The notes under the pieces are model-generated. The model searched no databases. It worked only from the letters and a program-made list of their open reading frames with translations, and was not told the DNA's origin. A DNA stretch of 63,913 nt, the filler included, from Collodictyon triciliatum (lineage: Eukaryota): the NCBI GenBank assembly GCA_043381765.1. It is 11 parts of 11 records of this genome, joined end to end, with 100 filler letters (N's around TTAATTAATTAA, not from the genome) between each part and the next. Parts side by side here need not be neighbours in the genome. Positions count along the whole stretch, not along the records: positions 29,127 to 34,845 come from JBHJMP010004996.1; positions 34,946 to 40,662 come from JBHJMP010004997.1; positions 40,763 to 46,476 come from JBHJMP010004998.1; 8 more parts are not named here. One strand, written 5' to 3'. Shown here piece after piece: positions 29,196 through 45,959 of the stretch; position 1 is the first letter of the stretch; every line of letters begins with the position of its first letter. A program made the translations under genes and the position numbers.

Positions 29196-32100
29196 CTTAT
29201 TTTTTGATAAGTCCAGATATACTAGGCCTGTAAGAGCGAAGCATGACTCCGAGAAAGATACAAGCTGTGAAAAGGTGGTGAGTTACAATATGGTCAATAA
29301 TAAAATTTGTTGGTGGCCTTTTTTTTATTTATTTATGTGAATATTACTTCGTTTGAATGGAGGTAGAGTTTCTTTAGCCCAACTAAATGCCTGAGCCAAT
29401 CAGGAATCTGAGAGAGCTTCATATCGCCCATCCACAGCGAAGTTGCATGTTGAATTCCATGATTGTTAGGGGAGTACTGCACATTCATATATTGAATTTC
29501 TTCCAATTCTTGAAGGGTACTGGAGCTTAATGGATGTTTAGGAGACTCAGTCTCATTTGGATGTAGGTGGTCGTTTATGAATTGGGATGCAAACGAGAGT
29601 TCTTGCTCAGAAAGCGAATGGGTCGCATGAACATCGGGCTGGTCAAGCTTGGATATTGTGCTTCCGTCAAGCCTCAGAGCCATTACTTTCTCAAGCAGTC
29701 TTTTCGACAGTTCGTCTTTCTTTTTCTGCAGATGAGTCACCAATTGGCTGTAAAATAATTGTTCAACTTTTTTCTTTGGAGCTTGGGAATCGCTAGTGTC
29801 TTCCTCTTTCGACAGTTCTACAAATGCACAAACGTCATCTGATGATATGTGATACATATCAACCATCGTCCTTTCATCCAGTATGTCTTGAATTTCTTTG
29901 AAACTTATCCAGCTTTGATTTGAAATTGTATCGCTTAGTTTTAAAAAGCCATACTCTCGCAGCCACTCCACAAATTCACCCTGGTACATATCAGCCAAAG
30001 GAGTATATTTAATTGGAAGCAGTTCGTTCATCACTTTTTTAGAAAGCTTCGGCTCATCTGATTTCAATTCACCCAGGTATATACAAACTTGATTCAAAGA
30101 AGGTCGGAGCTTGTATTTTTGCCTCCAGCACGCTCTGATAAGGTGGTTAAGCTCACGAGTGGCTTCTTTCGGTATTTCAAGCCGTAATCCCCTGATAATG
30201 AAACTCTGTGTCTCTTTTTCATTCATAAAAGGCTCGACGCCAGAGAACATGTACCAAACGAGCATTCCCAAAGCATACACATTACTTGGTTCTCCACGAT
30301 GCCCCTGATTTACTTCATCATCACCATACATTTCTGGATTATCATTATAAAGCGGTTTACATGAAACTTCATGGATTTCCGGTGCTTGCCAATTAACAGT
30401 CCCGTCTCGCTTGTTCTCACCAAATCTCGTCGGTAAGTTTGACCCGACTTTATCAACTTCACGATGGCTCACTATCCCAAAATCCACAATTTTTACTGTT
30501 GTTTCGCCCACAATCATAACATTATCGGCCTTCAAATCTTCGTGATATAGATGCTTGGAATGCATGAAAATGAGACCCTTGCAAAGCTGCTTTGTGTAAG
30601 AAATTATTTGAGGTAATGTTGGCTTGATATTTTTCTTCTCCAACATCGCTTTCAACGAAATACCTGCATTCTCCATAATCATGAAAAAGTCGTCATCTTT
30701 ACGATACACACCAAATAGTTCGACAATATTTTTACATTCCTTGCATTCATATAGAAACTTGCTTTCAAAAATGAGCGATTGAATCACCTGGCTGAGGGTC
30801 TGCTTCTTACTCTTCTGGACGGTTTGGATTTTCACCACAGCACTTTTTCCTTCGAACATCGTTGTATAAACTCGCCCATATGCCCCCTTTGCGAGATAAC
30901 CTGACAGTTCTATTTTTTCATGAATCCATTGGTCTTTTAATTCCCGGTCGATTGAATCCATCTCAAGAACTGCTTCAGCAGGTTGCGACTTCTTTTTCTT
31001 TTTCTCTCTCACCACAGAGGTAAATCTCTTCGAGATTCCTTTATTTTTCAAGAAAAAATTATTTACTAATTTTCGATAATATTTAATCGAATTAATATTA
31101 ATTTAAAAATAAACATAAATTCGAATATAGTTATTATAATAAACCTTGTTCCAGATAGACGCGCCCTTGCTTCACTGTACTCGCTTCTAGTTTATGGTTT
31201 CTGGTACTACATACTTTCAATTCTGAGTCATCTATCTTTGCCGATGTTTGAATATAACCGTCTAATTCATGGCGCTGGCATTCAGGGCATTCAAATTGAT
31301 ATGCTTCCACAAAATTTGGTCGAATTGATGATATTTGTTTGATGAAGGTTGAAAGGATATCAAAAATCCTGACGAATCTATCACCTTCATGAACGTTATT
31401 TTCGTATTTTCTAATCTTGACTGAAATATTCTTCTGGTGGATTTGATACAAAATAATCAAACCGTCTCCAGGAAGCAGTTGAATTTCATCCGTTCCTGTT
31501 TTGTAGGAAGCATTTAGATGTATGAACGCCACATCTCTGAAAAATTGGTCGTCATACTGAACTCCGGCTTGTGCCTCTTTTGTCAAACGAAGCGCTTGAA
31601 TGACAACGTTACTTTTGTCAGAGAGTTGGACTCCACCATTGGTCATTATTTTTACAGAGGTTTCAGCGATGCAATTTGACTCTGGTTTATCATTCCATAA
31701 TGCTTTGAGATTTTGGCAATCCTCCATCAATGCGGGGAAGGCGATGCATTCTCTGTTGAATTGAATCCCAAGGCCGAAATGGTCAAAGATTCGAAGAATT
31801 GTATTGAACACATGTCCATCCATTTCTGTTTTCAATTCGTGTTTTATTCGGTCTTTTAGCTTGCCCAACAAAATGATGCCACTTGTGTCCTTTCCAATGC
31901 CTTTGAAGCTGAAGACACAGCGAAAAATGTTGATGAGAAAGAGCGGGTCCAAAAATAAAATATCCTTGATATTTTCAAGTGATGAATACCAAACGACCGA
32001 GCCAAGGTCATGGAGAAATTTGAGAGCACTTTCGCACCCATTTCTGTCCATACCCAGCTGCTTCTCGGCAAAATCGTGAGTGTCTTGGATTCGTTCGTAC

Positions 32101-32427
32101 TTTGATACTTGGCCTTTTGAATCCAGATAATCTTTTAGCCCAATGTATGTTTTTGGAACGTCCTTGTTCATGTTATCAAGTCTCATCATTCCTTTGTATA
32201 TCTCTCCCTTCAAATCTGAGATTTTTGTTCCACTCTTGTTGCTTACTTTCAACTCTGTATTGATGAAGATGTGGCGAGCCTTTTCATCCAGTTTCTGCTC
32301 ATTTTCTTTTTTGATTCGTATGATTTCTTTCTGCATCTCCTGGCTATACGTTTGATTTTCGCAATCTTGGCGAGTTCCAGCAATTATGATTTTTGAGCCG
32401 GGCGCGAAGTCATCGAGCATTTTGACC
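29196..32427 (-). CDS. Roco-family protein fragment: C-terminal half of Roc, COR, kinase, SAM-like region, LRRs (introns 31039-31144, 29265-29347)
   Basis: Roc G4/G5 IIIAGTRQD and VSNKSG; COR motif FLHDLGSVVWY..DPLFL; kinase GAYG/VVK/HEDLKADN/DFG/WQAPE; LRRs LKKLYLHSN and LVYLDLSKN. Intron phases are compatible. Confidence 0.85.
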
Positions 32428-32471
32428 CTGATATTTATTTATTCTAGATATATAGAATAAATAAATATCAG
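32428..32471. repeat. Perfect 19-bp inverted repeat with 6-nt spacer
   Basis: CTGATATTTATTTATTCTA-gatata-TAGAATAAATAAATATCAG. Confidence 0.95.
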
Positions 32472-32513
32472 TTTATTTCATCCTCAATTGTTTTATGGGG
32501 TTTTTAGTTTATT

Positions 32514-32873
32514 CTAGTCAGTTGCAGGTACCCAACGGAGGTTTTCACACTTGTTATCTGTTTTAATTCCATTGCAATGCATAACTTGTTCGTAATTGCT
32601 TGGGTTGTCAACAAACGCCAACGCGACCAATTGATGAACGTAGTAAGTTGTACTTTTGCGTCCACCATAAATAGTAACAACTTTGTAACCACTTGAACGA
32701 TGTTTAGTTTGTTTCACATCACTCCAGGTATATGATTCACACATATTGCCATAGGACGAAATTCGGTAATAATCATATTGCTCAAATCCTGGAATTAGTG
32801 AAAGCTTCATCCACTTTTCGTTGCGGTCAACTTTGCAAATTGCTAAAGCCATTTTTTGTTGTTGCCCAGTCAA
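32514..32873 (-). CDS. NUMOD4/HNH homing-type endonuclease (possibly degenerate)
   Basis: W...IPGFEQY.Y.ISSYG (NUMOD4-like); GYKVVT..YVHQLVALAFVDNP...VMH.NG.KTDN..ENLRWV. Confidence 0.85.
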   Translation of the reverse strand: MTGQQQKMALAICKVDRNEKWMKLSLIPGFEQYDYYRISSYGNMCESYTWSDVKQTKHRSSGYKVVTIYGGRKSTTYYVHQLVALAFVDNPSNYEQVMHCNGIKTDNKCENLRWVPATD

Positions 32874-32941
32874 ACATACAACAAATCAATTTTACAGTCA
32901 CAAAATTGATTAGTCTATTATTTTACCTAGACAATATCAAA

Positions 32942-33607
32942 ATGAACAAGTACACGCTGCACGAAAGATTTATCCTCGGTCTTAAAAATAAATATGACAT
33001 GGTACCAGCAGACTTGAATGGTTGGTGGTACATTGGCGGAGAAAAGCGAGACACTGACGGCGACGGTGATGCCGTGACAACAACAACGTATTTCGATCTT
33101 GTTGGTAAAAATAATCCCGAGTTGATAGCATCACTTAGGCCTTTGCCTGAAAGTAATGAATGTGTGTGCTACCATGAAATTAAATACAATCATTGGATTA
33201 CCGATGGCACCAAAGTCCTGGTCATAGGCAGCTGCTGCAAGAAACAGTTTGCAGAATCATACGGAGTTGCCAGCGGCCGCAACTGTGACATATGCCATGA
33301 CCCGCATAAGAATCGAAAAGTCAACAGGTGCAATAAATGTAGAAAAGGCCTCTGCGATAATTGCAGTTCTGTATGCGACCCCAAATATAAATTGTGTTTA
33401 ATGTGTCGAGGCGAGCCTTACTGCAAAACTTGCACATTGTTAACACCCTTTATTGACGGCCACTGTGAAACTTGTTATCTGAGAAAAATGATTCCTAAAT
33501 GTACGTGTTGTGACTTCTACCCACCAGACCAAGACCCTGCGCATTTCCCTTACTGCAAGGACTGCTACATCTACAAGCACCGCTTTGAGATCTACGGCCG
33601 AAAATAA
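32942..33607 (+). CDS. Intronless Cys-rich zinc-binding protein of giant-virus type
   Basis: CVC.H.I...VLVIGSCC..QF, C..C..PHKNRKVNRCNKCR and several CxxC pairs; resembles NCLDV hypothetical proteins from recollection, not from a search. Confidence 0.65.
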   Translation: MNKYTLHERFILGLKNKYDMVPADLNGWWYIGGEKRDTDGDGDAVTTTTYFDLVGKNNPELIASLRPLPESNECVCYHEIKYNHWITDGTKVLVIGSCCKKQFAESYGVASGRNCDICHDPHKNRKVNRCNKCRKGLCDNCSSVCDPKYKLCLMCRGEPYCKTCTLLTPFIDGHCETCYLRKMIPKCTCCDFYPPDQDPAHFPYCKDCYIYKHRFEIYGRK

Positions 33608-33608
33608 A

Positions 33609-33853
33609 CCGCCCGCTCCGAGCACCCATTGTGCCGCATGATTCCCTGGCTAAGGTCAATAGTAGAGTATTGAGGGTTTTGACATCCCCTCAACTCTCTT
33701 TATAATATCTCTTTTTTTTTTATTTTAAAATTTTAAAAAATAAAAATAAAGAATATAGAGAGAACTGGAGCCCGGGTAAAAAGCCCAATTAGCCAGCTAT
33801 AGACCTTGAGCCTTGGGGAAAAATGCGGCGAATTGGGTGCTGGGGGCGGGCGG
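33609..33853. repeat. ~245-bp degenerate palindrome with nested hairpins (cruciform)
   Basis: Outer GC-rich arms 33609-33662 and 33797-33853 (~45/57 complementary); inner AT-rich arms centred on TTTTAAAA|TTTTAAAA at 33730/33731. Confidence 0.85.
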
Positions 33854-34039
33854 CTCATTTTAAAATTTCAAGACGCGCTATGTAACAAATCCTTTTCACT
33901 TTTAAATTCGACAGTGCCCCCGCAACACGAACTGCGTTTGAGATGTTCGACTGTATATTTCCACACACGCTCTATAACAAGTACACAAGTCATAAGTAAT
34001 GAGATTATTGTAATTGGTTCCATTACTTATATAAATATT

Positions 34040-34845
34040 TTATTCTACGCGGAAAGTCTGCTGGTTGGATTGAATTTCGAGGACAGCGTCATACAGCGAT
34101 GCAACAATGATATTGTACGGCCCGTCAGTGTCACCAATAGCAGCATTGAAGTTTAATCTTAATGACATCAAGTCGCTACCGGATGACTGAATGTCTGTTC
34201 CGACGATCTCCCCTTCGATTGCATCAAGCACCTTGCGGAGATTAAAGCCAATCATAAATTCACTGGCTGGGCCCCGGCAAGTTTGTCCATAATATCTATT
34301 AATTAAATCACTATTGAAAGTCGCGTTTTGACCACCGGCAGCATTAGTAACAGTAAATGCCGAATGATTTGCATTTGATACAATACTACAAGTAATTTCA
34401 TTATTTGCAGCACCACCACCTGCAACTGCTGGTTTATTTCCTGTTATAACAGCCCCATTTACCGACGCGCCATTATCAGATAGTATAACAACTGGAGCAT
34501 TTACAGTTACCGCACTTTGAGCATTTGCTCCTTGTGCAGGTACAGTGCATGAAATTGCAGTTTGCAAATTCTGCATTTGATTTATATAATTTCCAGCAAA
34601 GTTTCGGCCATCAAACCCGAACGGCCCATTGTATTCACTTCTCACGTGAGTAAGACCAAGGGCCTTCTGCAGTTCCAAGAATGCTTGGGGCGCATTGCCT
34701 TCACAGTCCATTGGCTGCAAAGGATAATAAAACGAACCAAGCTGAAGCTGGGCGTCAACAAGTGTTGGGGGCTTGTGCTTTCTATCTTTGCCAGGAACCA
34801 AAAATGTGCCTTGCTCTCGCTGCTTGAAAAACGCAATATATACCG
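34040..34845 (-). CDS. Major capsid protein C-terminal part, Polinton-like virus/virophage-type double jelly roll (5'-truncated by contig end)
   Basis: QLQLGSFYYPLQP...AFLELQKALG...FMIGFNLRK...GTDI...LRLNF...YDAVLEI matches the PLV-type MCP C-terminal pattern. The frame is open to the contig end and intronless. Confidence 0.75.
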
Positions 34846-34945
34846 NNNNNNNNNNNNNNNNNNNNNNNNNNNNNNNNNNNNNNNNNNNNTTAATTAATTA
34901 ANNNNNNNNNNNNNNNNNNNNNNNNNNNNNNNNNNNNNNNNNNNN

Positions 34946-35411
34946 AAGTAAACCAACAGAGACCTCGGTGATGCTCTACCAACTACCGCTGGACGTGTGG
35001 CCGCAACTCCTTCGTGAGGAGCTGAAGCCGTTCAGACCGACCCACGTGGAGATCAAAAAGGACAAAAGGCTTCTTTACAGACACGGCCGTGGTGAAGCTT
35101 CTTTGTCACAAGAACCAGCTCCCTGCAAAGTTTACGGTCATGGGTAAGAAGTGTCCAAAGCGCATCCTCAAGATCGCTCCAGCCGCGAACAACGAACGAC
35201 AAGTAAAAGCTCTGCAAAAGAATACACCTGCCAAGCAGACAAGCAGCAACGGGTCAAGGAAGCCATGGCCAGGCAACAACAGAGTCCACAAGGCTCACAG
35301 CAGATACTCGCATACAGCGACAGCGACGATGACATGGAAGGAAATCTCGGTTCCTCTTCAGAATCCTCGTATTCAAACCCTTCGTCGCCAACGCTGGACA
35401 AGACCGCATAA
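34946..35411 (+). mobile_element. Possible degenerate LINE ORF1 fragment
   Basis: VMLYQLPLDVWPQLLREELKPF, then a frameshift, then FTDTAVVKL...LPAKFTVMG: an RRM-like ORF1 pattern. A-rich sense strand, no introns. Confidence 0.4.
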
Positions 35412-35945
35412 CTGCTATCCAGTTACTTTGGACACAATCAAAATCACGTTGGAATTCGCCACTCGAGTTGAATGGTCTGTATGTGTGAAGGAAATCACAT
35501 TTTTTTTTAATTTTTCTCTACTGATATCCAAGAAGAATAACCAGTGTGAAATTACATCTAGACTACATTGTTTCTCTTCAACTCACACAACTTGACTGGT
35601 GGGTTTGGATAATTATTTTATACTTTTCAAGCATTTTGATAAAAAAAATACCTTTAATTATGTAGGTGTAAGAGCAACCTATACGCTAGTGTCATGGAAC
35701 CGTCAGAATGTGAAGTTTTCGATGTCAAAAAGCGGCTGTTAAATTTTCTGTACAGGACATTGGAGGCAAACCATAAATATGTTTGCTGCAGCACCTGTTA
35801 CGTTTCGACAACATACACTGTCTCTCAAATTGATAATATCAATCTAAGAATATAATGGTTCAATCCGTGTGATACCTTTTTCATCCATTTATTTTGTGCA
35901 TGTTTCGAAAAGTTTCCAAATTGAAATGAAGCAATAACAGAAATG

Positions 35946-35989
<44 letters not shown>

Positions 35990-36214
35990 AAAAAAAAAAA
36001 GGGAATATTTGGGAGCATTTTGGAGTTATGCCAACGTTTCGATTCTTGAAGGGATAGGCATGGACATCGAGTAAGAAACCAGGAGTCTATTAACATGAAA
36101 AGCTCATGATGAAAGTATGCAAAATATGTCAATACTATAGCCATTTGGTATGGGGCTTGCACATTTGAGTAAAATAAGAGGATTTTAATACATAAATGAA
36201 TGTATGCATATTAG

Positions 36215-36320
36215 TGCTTGCGATACAACGCCAAGGACTCAAGTTCAACATCGCTCACGAACCAAAGCCAACATCCCCACGGTCCTGCACAAAATTGAAA
36301 GGAAGAATAAAAAAAAAAAA
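36215..36320 (+). mobile_element. LINE 3'-tail fragment, family B
   Basis: GAACCAAAGCCAACATCCCCACGGTCCTGCACAAAATTGAAAGGAAGAAT(A)n matches 47886-47940; 5' boundary approximate. Confidence 0.75.
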
Positions 36321-39300
36321 CGTTTGTGCATATTCACAGTATGTAATATTTATATTCATGTTCAGACCCGTTGTATGTAGAGACATCCTGCCGTGTGAGA
36401 AATCATTCTTCATCCGCTTTGGTATGTCGAAGTTTCACTAGTCCACTTTTTGACCTTTCATCCCATAAAATACCATGTTTATTTCTTGTTATCATCATGC
36501 AGCACACACTTTTTTTTGGAGAGGTTACTGAAACAGATGCCTTTTATTTCATTGAGACCACCTTTTTTTTTTTTTTTAAAAAAAATGATATTCATTCAAT
36601 TAGAGCTGCTTGTATTCTGCTGTGCCATTTTGATGAAAAAAACGACATGATTGAATTGTTTTGATGAGCCTACACAAGTTAGTACATTCAAGTATTTTTG
36701 ATTACGAAGCGATAATTTCAGAATTTATATTTTAGAATATCATTAACTCAATTTTGAACATTTATAATCTTTACATGGAGGCGAATAGACAATATGGTTA
36801 TGTAATCATATATAAGTCGATATTGTCATCGTAGGGTCTGAGAACTAACATTTCAAGGCAGTATCCTTTTTCATTTATCACTCCGATATATTATTTTTGT
36901 ATTTCTATTCATATAGGAATGACTAAATTCATGCCTCTTGACGGACTGCTGCTGAAGTAAACGAAAGTGACAGAGGTTTTTTTTATTATAGATATTTTTT
37001 TTACTTCACACATGGAAATCGATTGATACAAAGACGATATGAATTTAGTCGGCTTTAATGATTACGTCAGTTTATTCTTGTCCAGTTTCAATAACTGTAA
37101 ATAACTATAGCCACTGCGCAACCAAATTGCTTGCATTCTGAATAATATAATATTGATATAAAATGTTGTATTCATGATTATACCTACATTAATGAGAAAA
37201 CTTAATATTCGTTTATACTATGCAGGAACCAGTTGGAGGCCTTTGAATACCCAATACGGCCGAAAGTAGATGAATTTGTTTGCTCATGAAGTCGCGTATC
37301 TCACAGTCTATTACGTTACCTGAAAAAAAATTATATTAAACAAATGCTTTTATTTTACCTTATTTTTTTACGTGATTAAAATAAAAGATTTATAAATTTA
37401 TGTCAGTTTCATGCCCCATCGCTAATCTGGGTAACATTAGAATAGCTCAATACAGCACATTATTTTTAAATTTGTTTCAATCGAAAATTTGTTAAGCAAA
37501 AAGAGGTGTTTATTTCAGTATCATAAGAATCTCGAGATTTATCTTTCAATTTATCTTGGATTTCCAATGCATTTGTCTTGTCTAATGACGAATCAGAATT
37601 AACACATGAATGAACAATTTTAGTGATACTTGGGTTCATAAGAACTAACCAGCTGATTAGAGAAAACTAGATTTTATATGAAAGTTTCAGTTACCAACCA
37701 ACGATGATATATGATTTTTTGAGGAGTTATCTATTGCAATAGTATTAATTATAGCATATTTTGAATTATTTCCATCGTAAAAAATGACATAGAAATCATC
37801 TTTTGTACCTGATTTTCGCTAATTTTTCACCCGCCATGAATCCTGTGTAGTTCATCATAAAAGGACACCAGAGAAAACAACCAAGGGAATGGAACTGTCC
37901 GGTCTGCTGCTACTACCGAGAGGAGAGGGGTGGTTGGATGGATGGCACCCAGTTCTTCCGGTGTTATAAGGGAATGGTCAAAATAATGATTTGTGGGGTG
38001 TGGGATGAGTTGTTATGTGAGAATAAGCAAGTCTCAATATTGTCGATAAATTTCATAAAAATAATAATAAAAAGGCATTTCAATATATATTCGATGTGTT
38101 AAATAGAACGCGACGGAGCGGGTATGCAATCACAAAATCATATTCTATAGATTTTTATACATTACTATTTTCATGTAGATTTACACGATTTGTATTTTAT
38201 TCAAAGAAATCAATATGTCAATTATTCCAAAAAATACAGTTGTGTTTCTTCAGTGCAATTATATTTTGCTTTTCATAACCAATTAAAGCATGTTACACCA
38301 GCGATGCCCATGCCTGCAAATTTCAGAACTTATCTTTTCTATTTTATTAAAAATACTATATGAAAGATGAATTTTAATTTTGCAATTGCTCTAATTTGCC
38401 AGCTGAGTCTATTTATTATGAAACTGATAGTAGTCCTTGCCAAAACCGATGGCCACGTAAACCACGAAAGGTGTATTGTATTCTATGCATATTCCATTAT
38501 TATATTCTCCGTATTACTCAAGAGCAACTATCTGCTCGAAACCCTTCTTGCCTTAGCTCGCTGCCTGTGATACCACCACTTCCCCCGACTCAGCTGGGAA
38601 TCCACACCCGACAACAGGTCATCCCCGCCCACACAAATCGTTGCCTCGCTTCGGCTGCCTTTTTGTTGGTTTGTGGTAAGGAGTATGAATTAATTTATAT
38701 CCAAATGAATATAAATGCATCTATTAGATGTTTACTGAAACTCTTGTAACTGATTTTATTTCTTTTTTTATCTTTTTTCTTGGACATAATAAAACCATGG
38801 AGAACGAAAGCGCAAGCTTGAAGCAAACACAACCAAGCACAAGAACGGAGCCCTCCGCTCGAGCAAAGCTTCCCAGCCACAGCTGTTCGCTAGTAAAAGA
38901 GCACTGGGAAGCACATGTGCAGATTCGGCTGCCACATCCGCCTTCGAGGTAAGCACAAATGCCCATAACTACCACGCCCACATACAGATAAGGAAATAAT
39001 AAGCCCAAGTCGTGAAAGATATTGCGTGTCACTTTTAGAAGACTTTTGACCAGCTATTCGATTAACTTCAAAAATGCACATCATAATTTTCAAAAGAAAT
39101 AAAACTAGGGGAGAGAGAGTAAGTTAATACTTATCCGTTCTTTTTTTTTTTCCGCCGATACAAAGAGAGATCAGCTTTTTGCTACCCATTATCCGTGGCA
39201 TTTCTCGTGGCTTCATCAAGGAAGACATTGAAAGTACGTGAAAAACAAGCATTCATATTAGCAGTATTCATCAAATGTTAAAACGTGTTTTGATGAAAGT

Positions 39301-40762
39301 TGCGCTGAACTAGAATCTGGCATCAGAACTATGCAATAATTTATAAAAAAAACCTTCAATTTTATGTTTCCCTGTCCTTCATAATCCATCCCAGAATGCA
39401 AGAAAAAACCAAAGGAAAAAATCATGTTAAACGCCACCACAAAATACTGACAGACCGAGCATCCAAGCATAGAAAGACAATGCCGATAATTTTAAATCCA
39501 ACCACGCGGTGCTATGGAAGAATCAGCATCGCTCAAGCAAGAAGCAACTTTCACAGGAGCTCTCCATAAAGAGTGGACGGGTTATTAGAAACGCACTCCA
39601 CACTGAAACAATCTGGGCTAACAATGCAAGGTAAAGTAATATCAAGATAGTAATATTTCTATTTTTCATTCGAAGTCTATTATTTTACAAATTTAATTCC
39701 TAACTAGACTTTTTTTCATGTTTTGTCTTTTAATAAAAGGTACTTATGGAAAACATGCTTACGTTGAATGAAAGGCGAGCACATAAACCTTGGAAAACTT
39801 GAGCGGTGGTCTTGGTATTTTTTTTTCAAGTCCCACGTAAAATCTTCATGATACCAACCTCAAGATGATTAATGCAGATTATTGCATGAGTATCGGTATT
39901 ATAATTTTATTTTGTATTAAATTTGATATTCTTTGGGAACATACTAACCATTACAATTAGTTTGAGACATTTGCACAATTTTAAATAATTCAAAGGAATT
40001 GTAACATCGAGCAGGAATTATACCAATTTACCACACAGAGACTTGCAGACATCCTATTTCTTATATTATACGAAATATCATCATTAAGAGAATGTTTAGT
40101 GGCTGTATGATGCATAAACAACCCACATCTATATTATTATCAATTCAAATTAGCAATTAAAAAGCAAAGAATTAATTTCACATTGAAATATATTTGTTAA
40201 TACGAATAGTTGATATCATAACAAAAATATAGTATGCAGAGTTGATAATATTGAGCTTTAATCTTTAATACAATGTAACTTTTTTTAGCCTTTGAAAGCA
40301 TCCAAAATGCATCCAAAATAAAAATCGATAAATCAAACAAAAACATTCATGAAAAAGGAGAATAGCTTGTTTTATAATTGACACTAAATAAAACTAATGA
40401 ATGTGATCTTTTTAACATGCAACAAACACAGCGAGCACAGAGCTGACAGCCTCGCCGGAAAACACACAACTTCCCACCGCAGAGGCCGTAGCATCACCCG
40501 CACAACACACAAGAAAACTATCAACGCCAAAATTGCGAAGGACGCATGCTGAGATACCAATAATAACTTCCGAAACAAATACAACAACCATAGCCACAGA
40601 AACACTCACAACTACCACGACCGAGTCAACACAGATATCCGCAAACACAACTGAACAGAACGNNNNNNNNNNNNNNNNNNNNNNNNNNNNNNNNNNNNNN
40701 NNNNNNTTAATTAATTAANNNNNNNNNNNNNNNNNNNNNNNNNNNNNNNNNNNNNNNNNNNN

Positions 40763-45283
<4,521 letters not shown>

Positions 45284-45959
45284 CTGTTAGCGTTTACAGA
45301 TTATTAGTCCATGCTTATTTCGTTTGGTTTATTGTTTTACATGTTTGTTTTTTGGTTTTTCTGATTCTATACGAGTTGATTCTGTTGATTTTGATGATTG
45401 GGGTTTTATTAAATGCAAAAAATACCGTACTTACCATTTGTGGACTAGATGCCGAAAATTCTCGTATGAATGTCATAACTGGGTGGCTGCAGAAAATACT
45501 GTTGACTATTTCCTGTTCTGGATATTTAAGGAAAGGTTCGTTGCGTGCTTCAATGTCCTGCGAGATTTGTTGGAAATCCTATTGCACAGATAAACATGTC
45601 AGCTCCAGCAAAAATCAACTATTCATTATCGATTCATACACAGCATCCAGTGGAATCTTGTATACTTGACGGTTTCAGACAGGCCAGACGAACTACCCAA
45701 GAATCGAACATTCTCAATAAATTTCCACGAATGAGTCTGGAGTGTTTATAAGTGGAAAATATGAATTAATCAATTTTTAATACCCATTCTTCATAAATCT
45801 ACTCTAATGACATATATTATACGAAAACTAAAACACATTGATACAGACACTGGGGAATGAATTGGATATGAAGGGCGCTTCCGTCACCGATCAGATCTCA
45901 TCGTTTTTTTCCTCCTGCAGCCTCAGACTCAATCAAACCTGCGAAACCGCCTCTGCGTC

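Noticed and set aside
35640-39830. Scattered short AG/GT-bounded segments
   Set aside because: Probably exons of a host gene, but no coherent model or domain could be supported.
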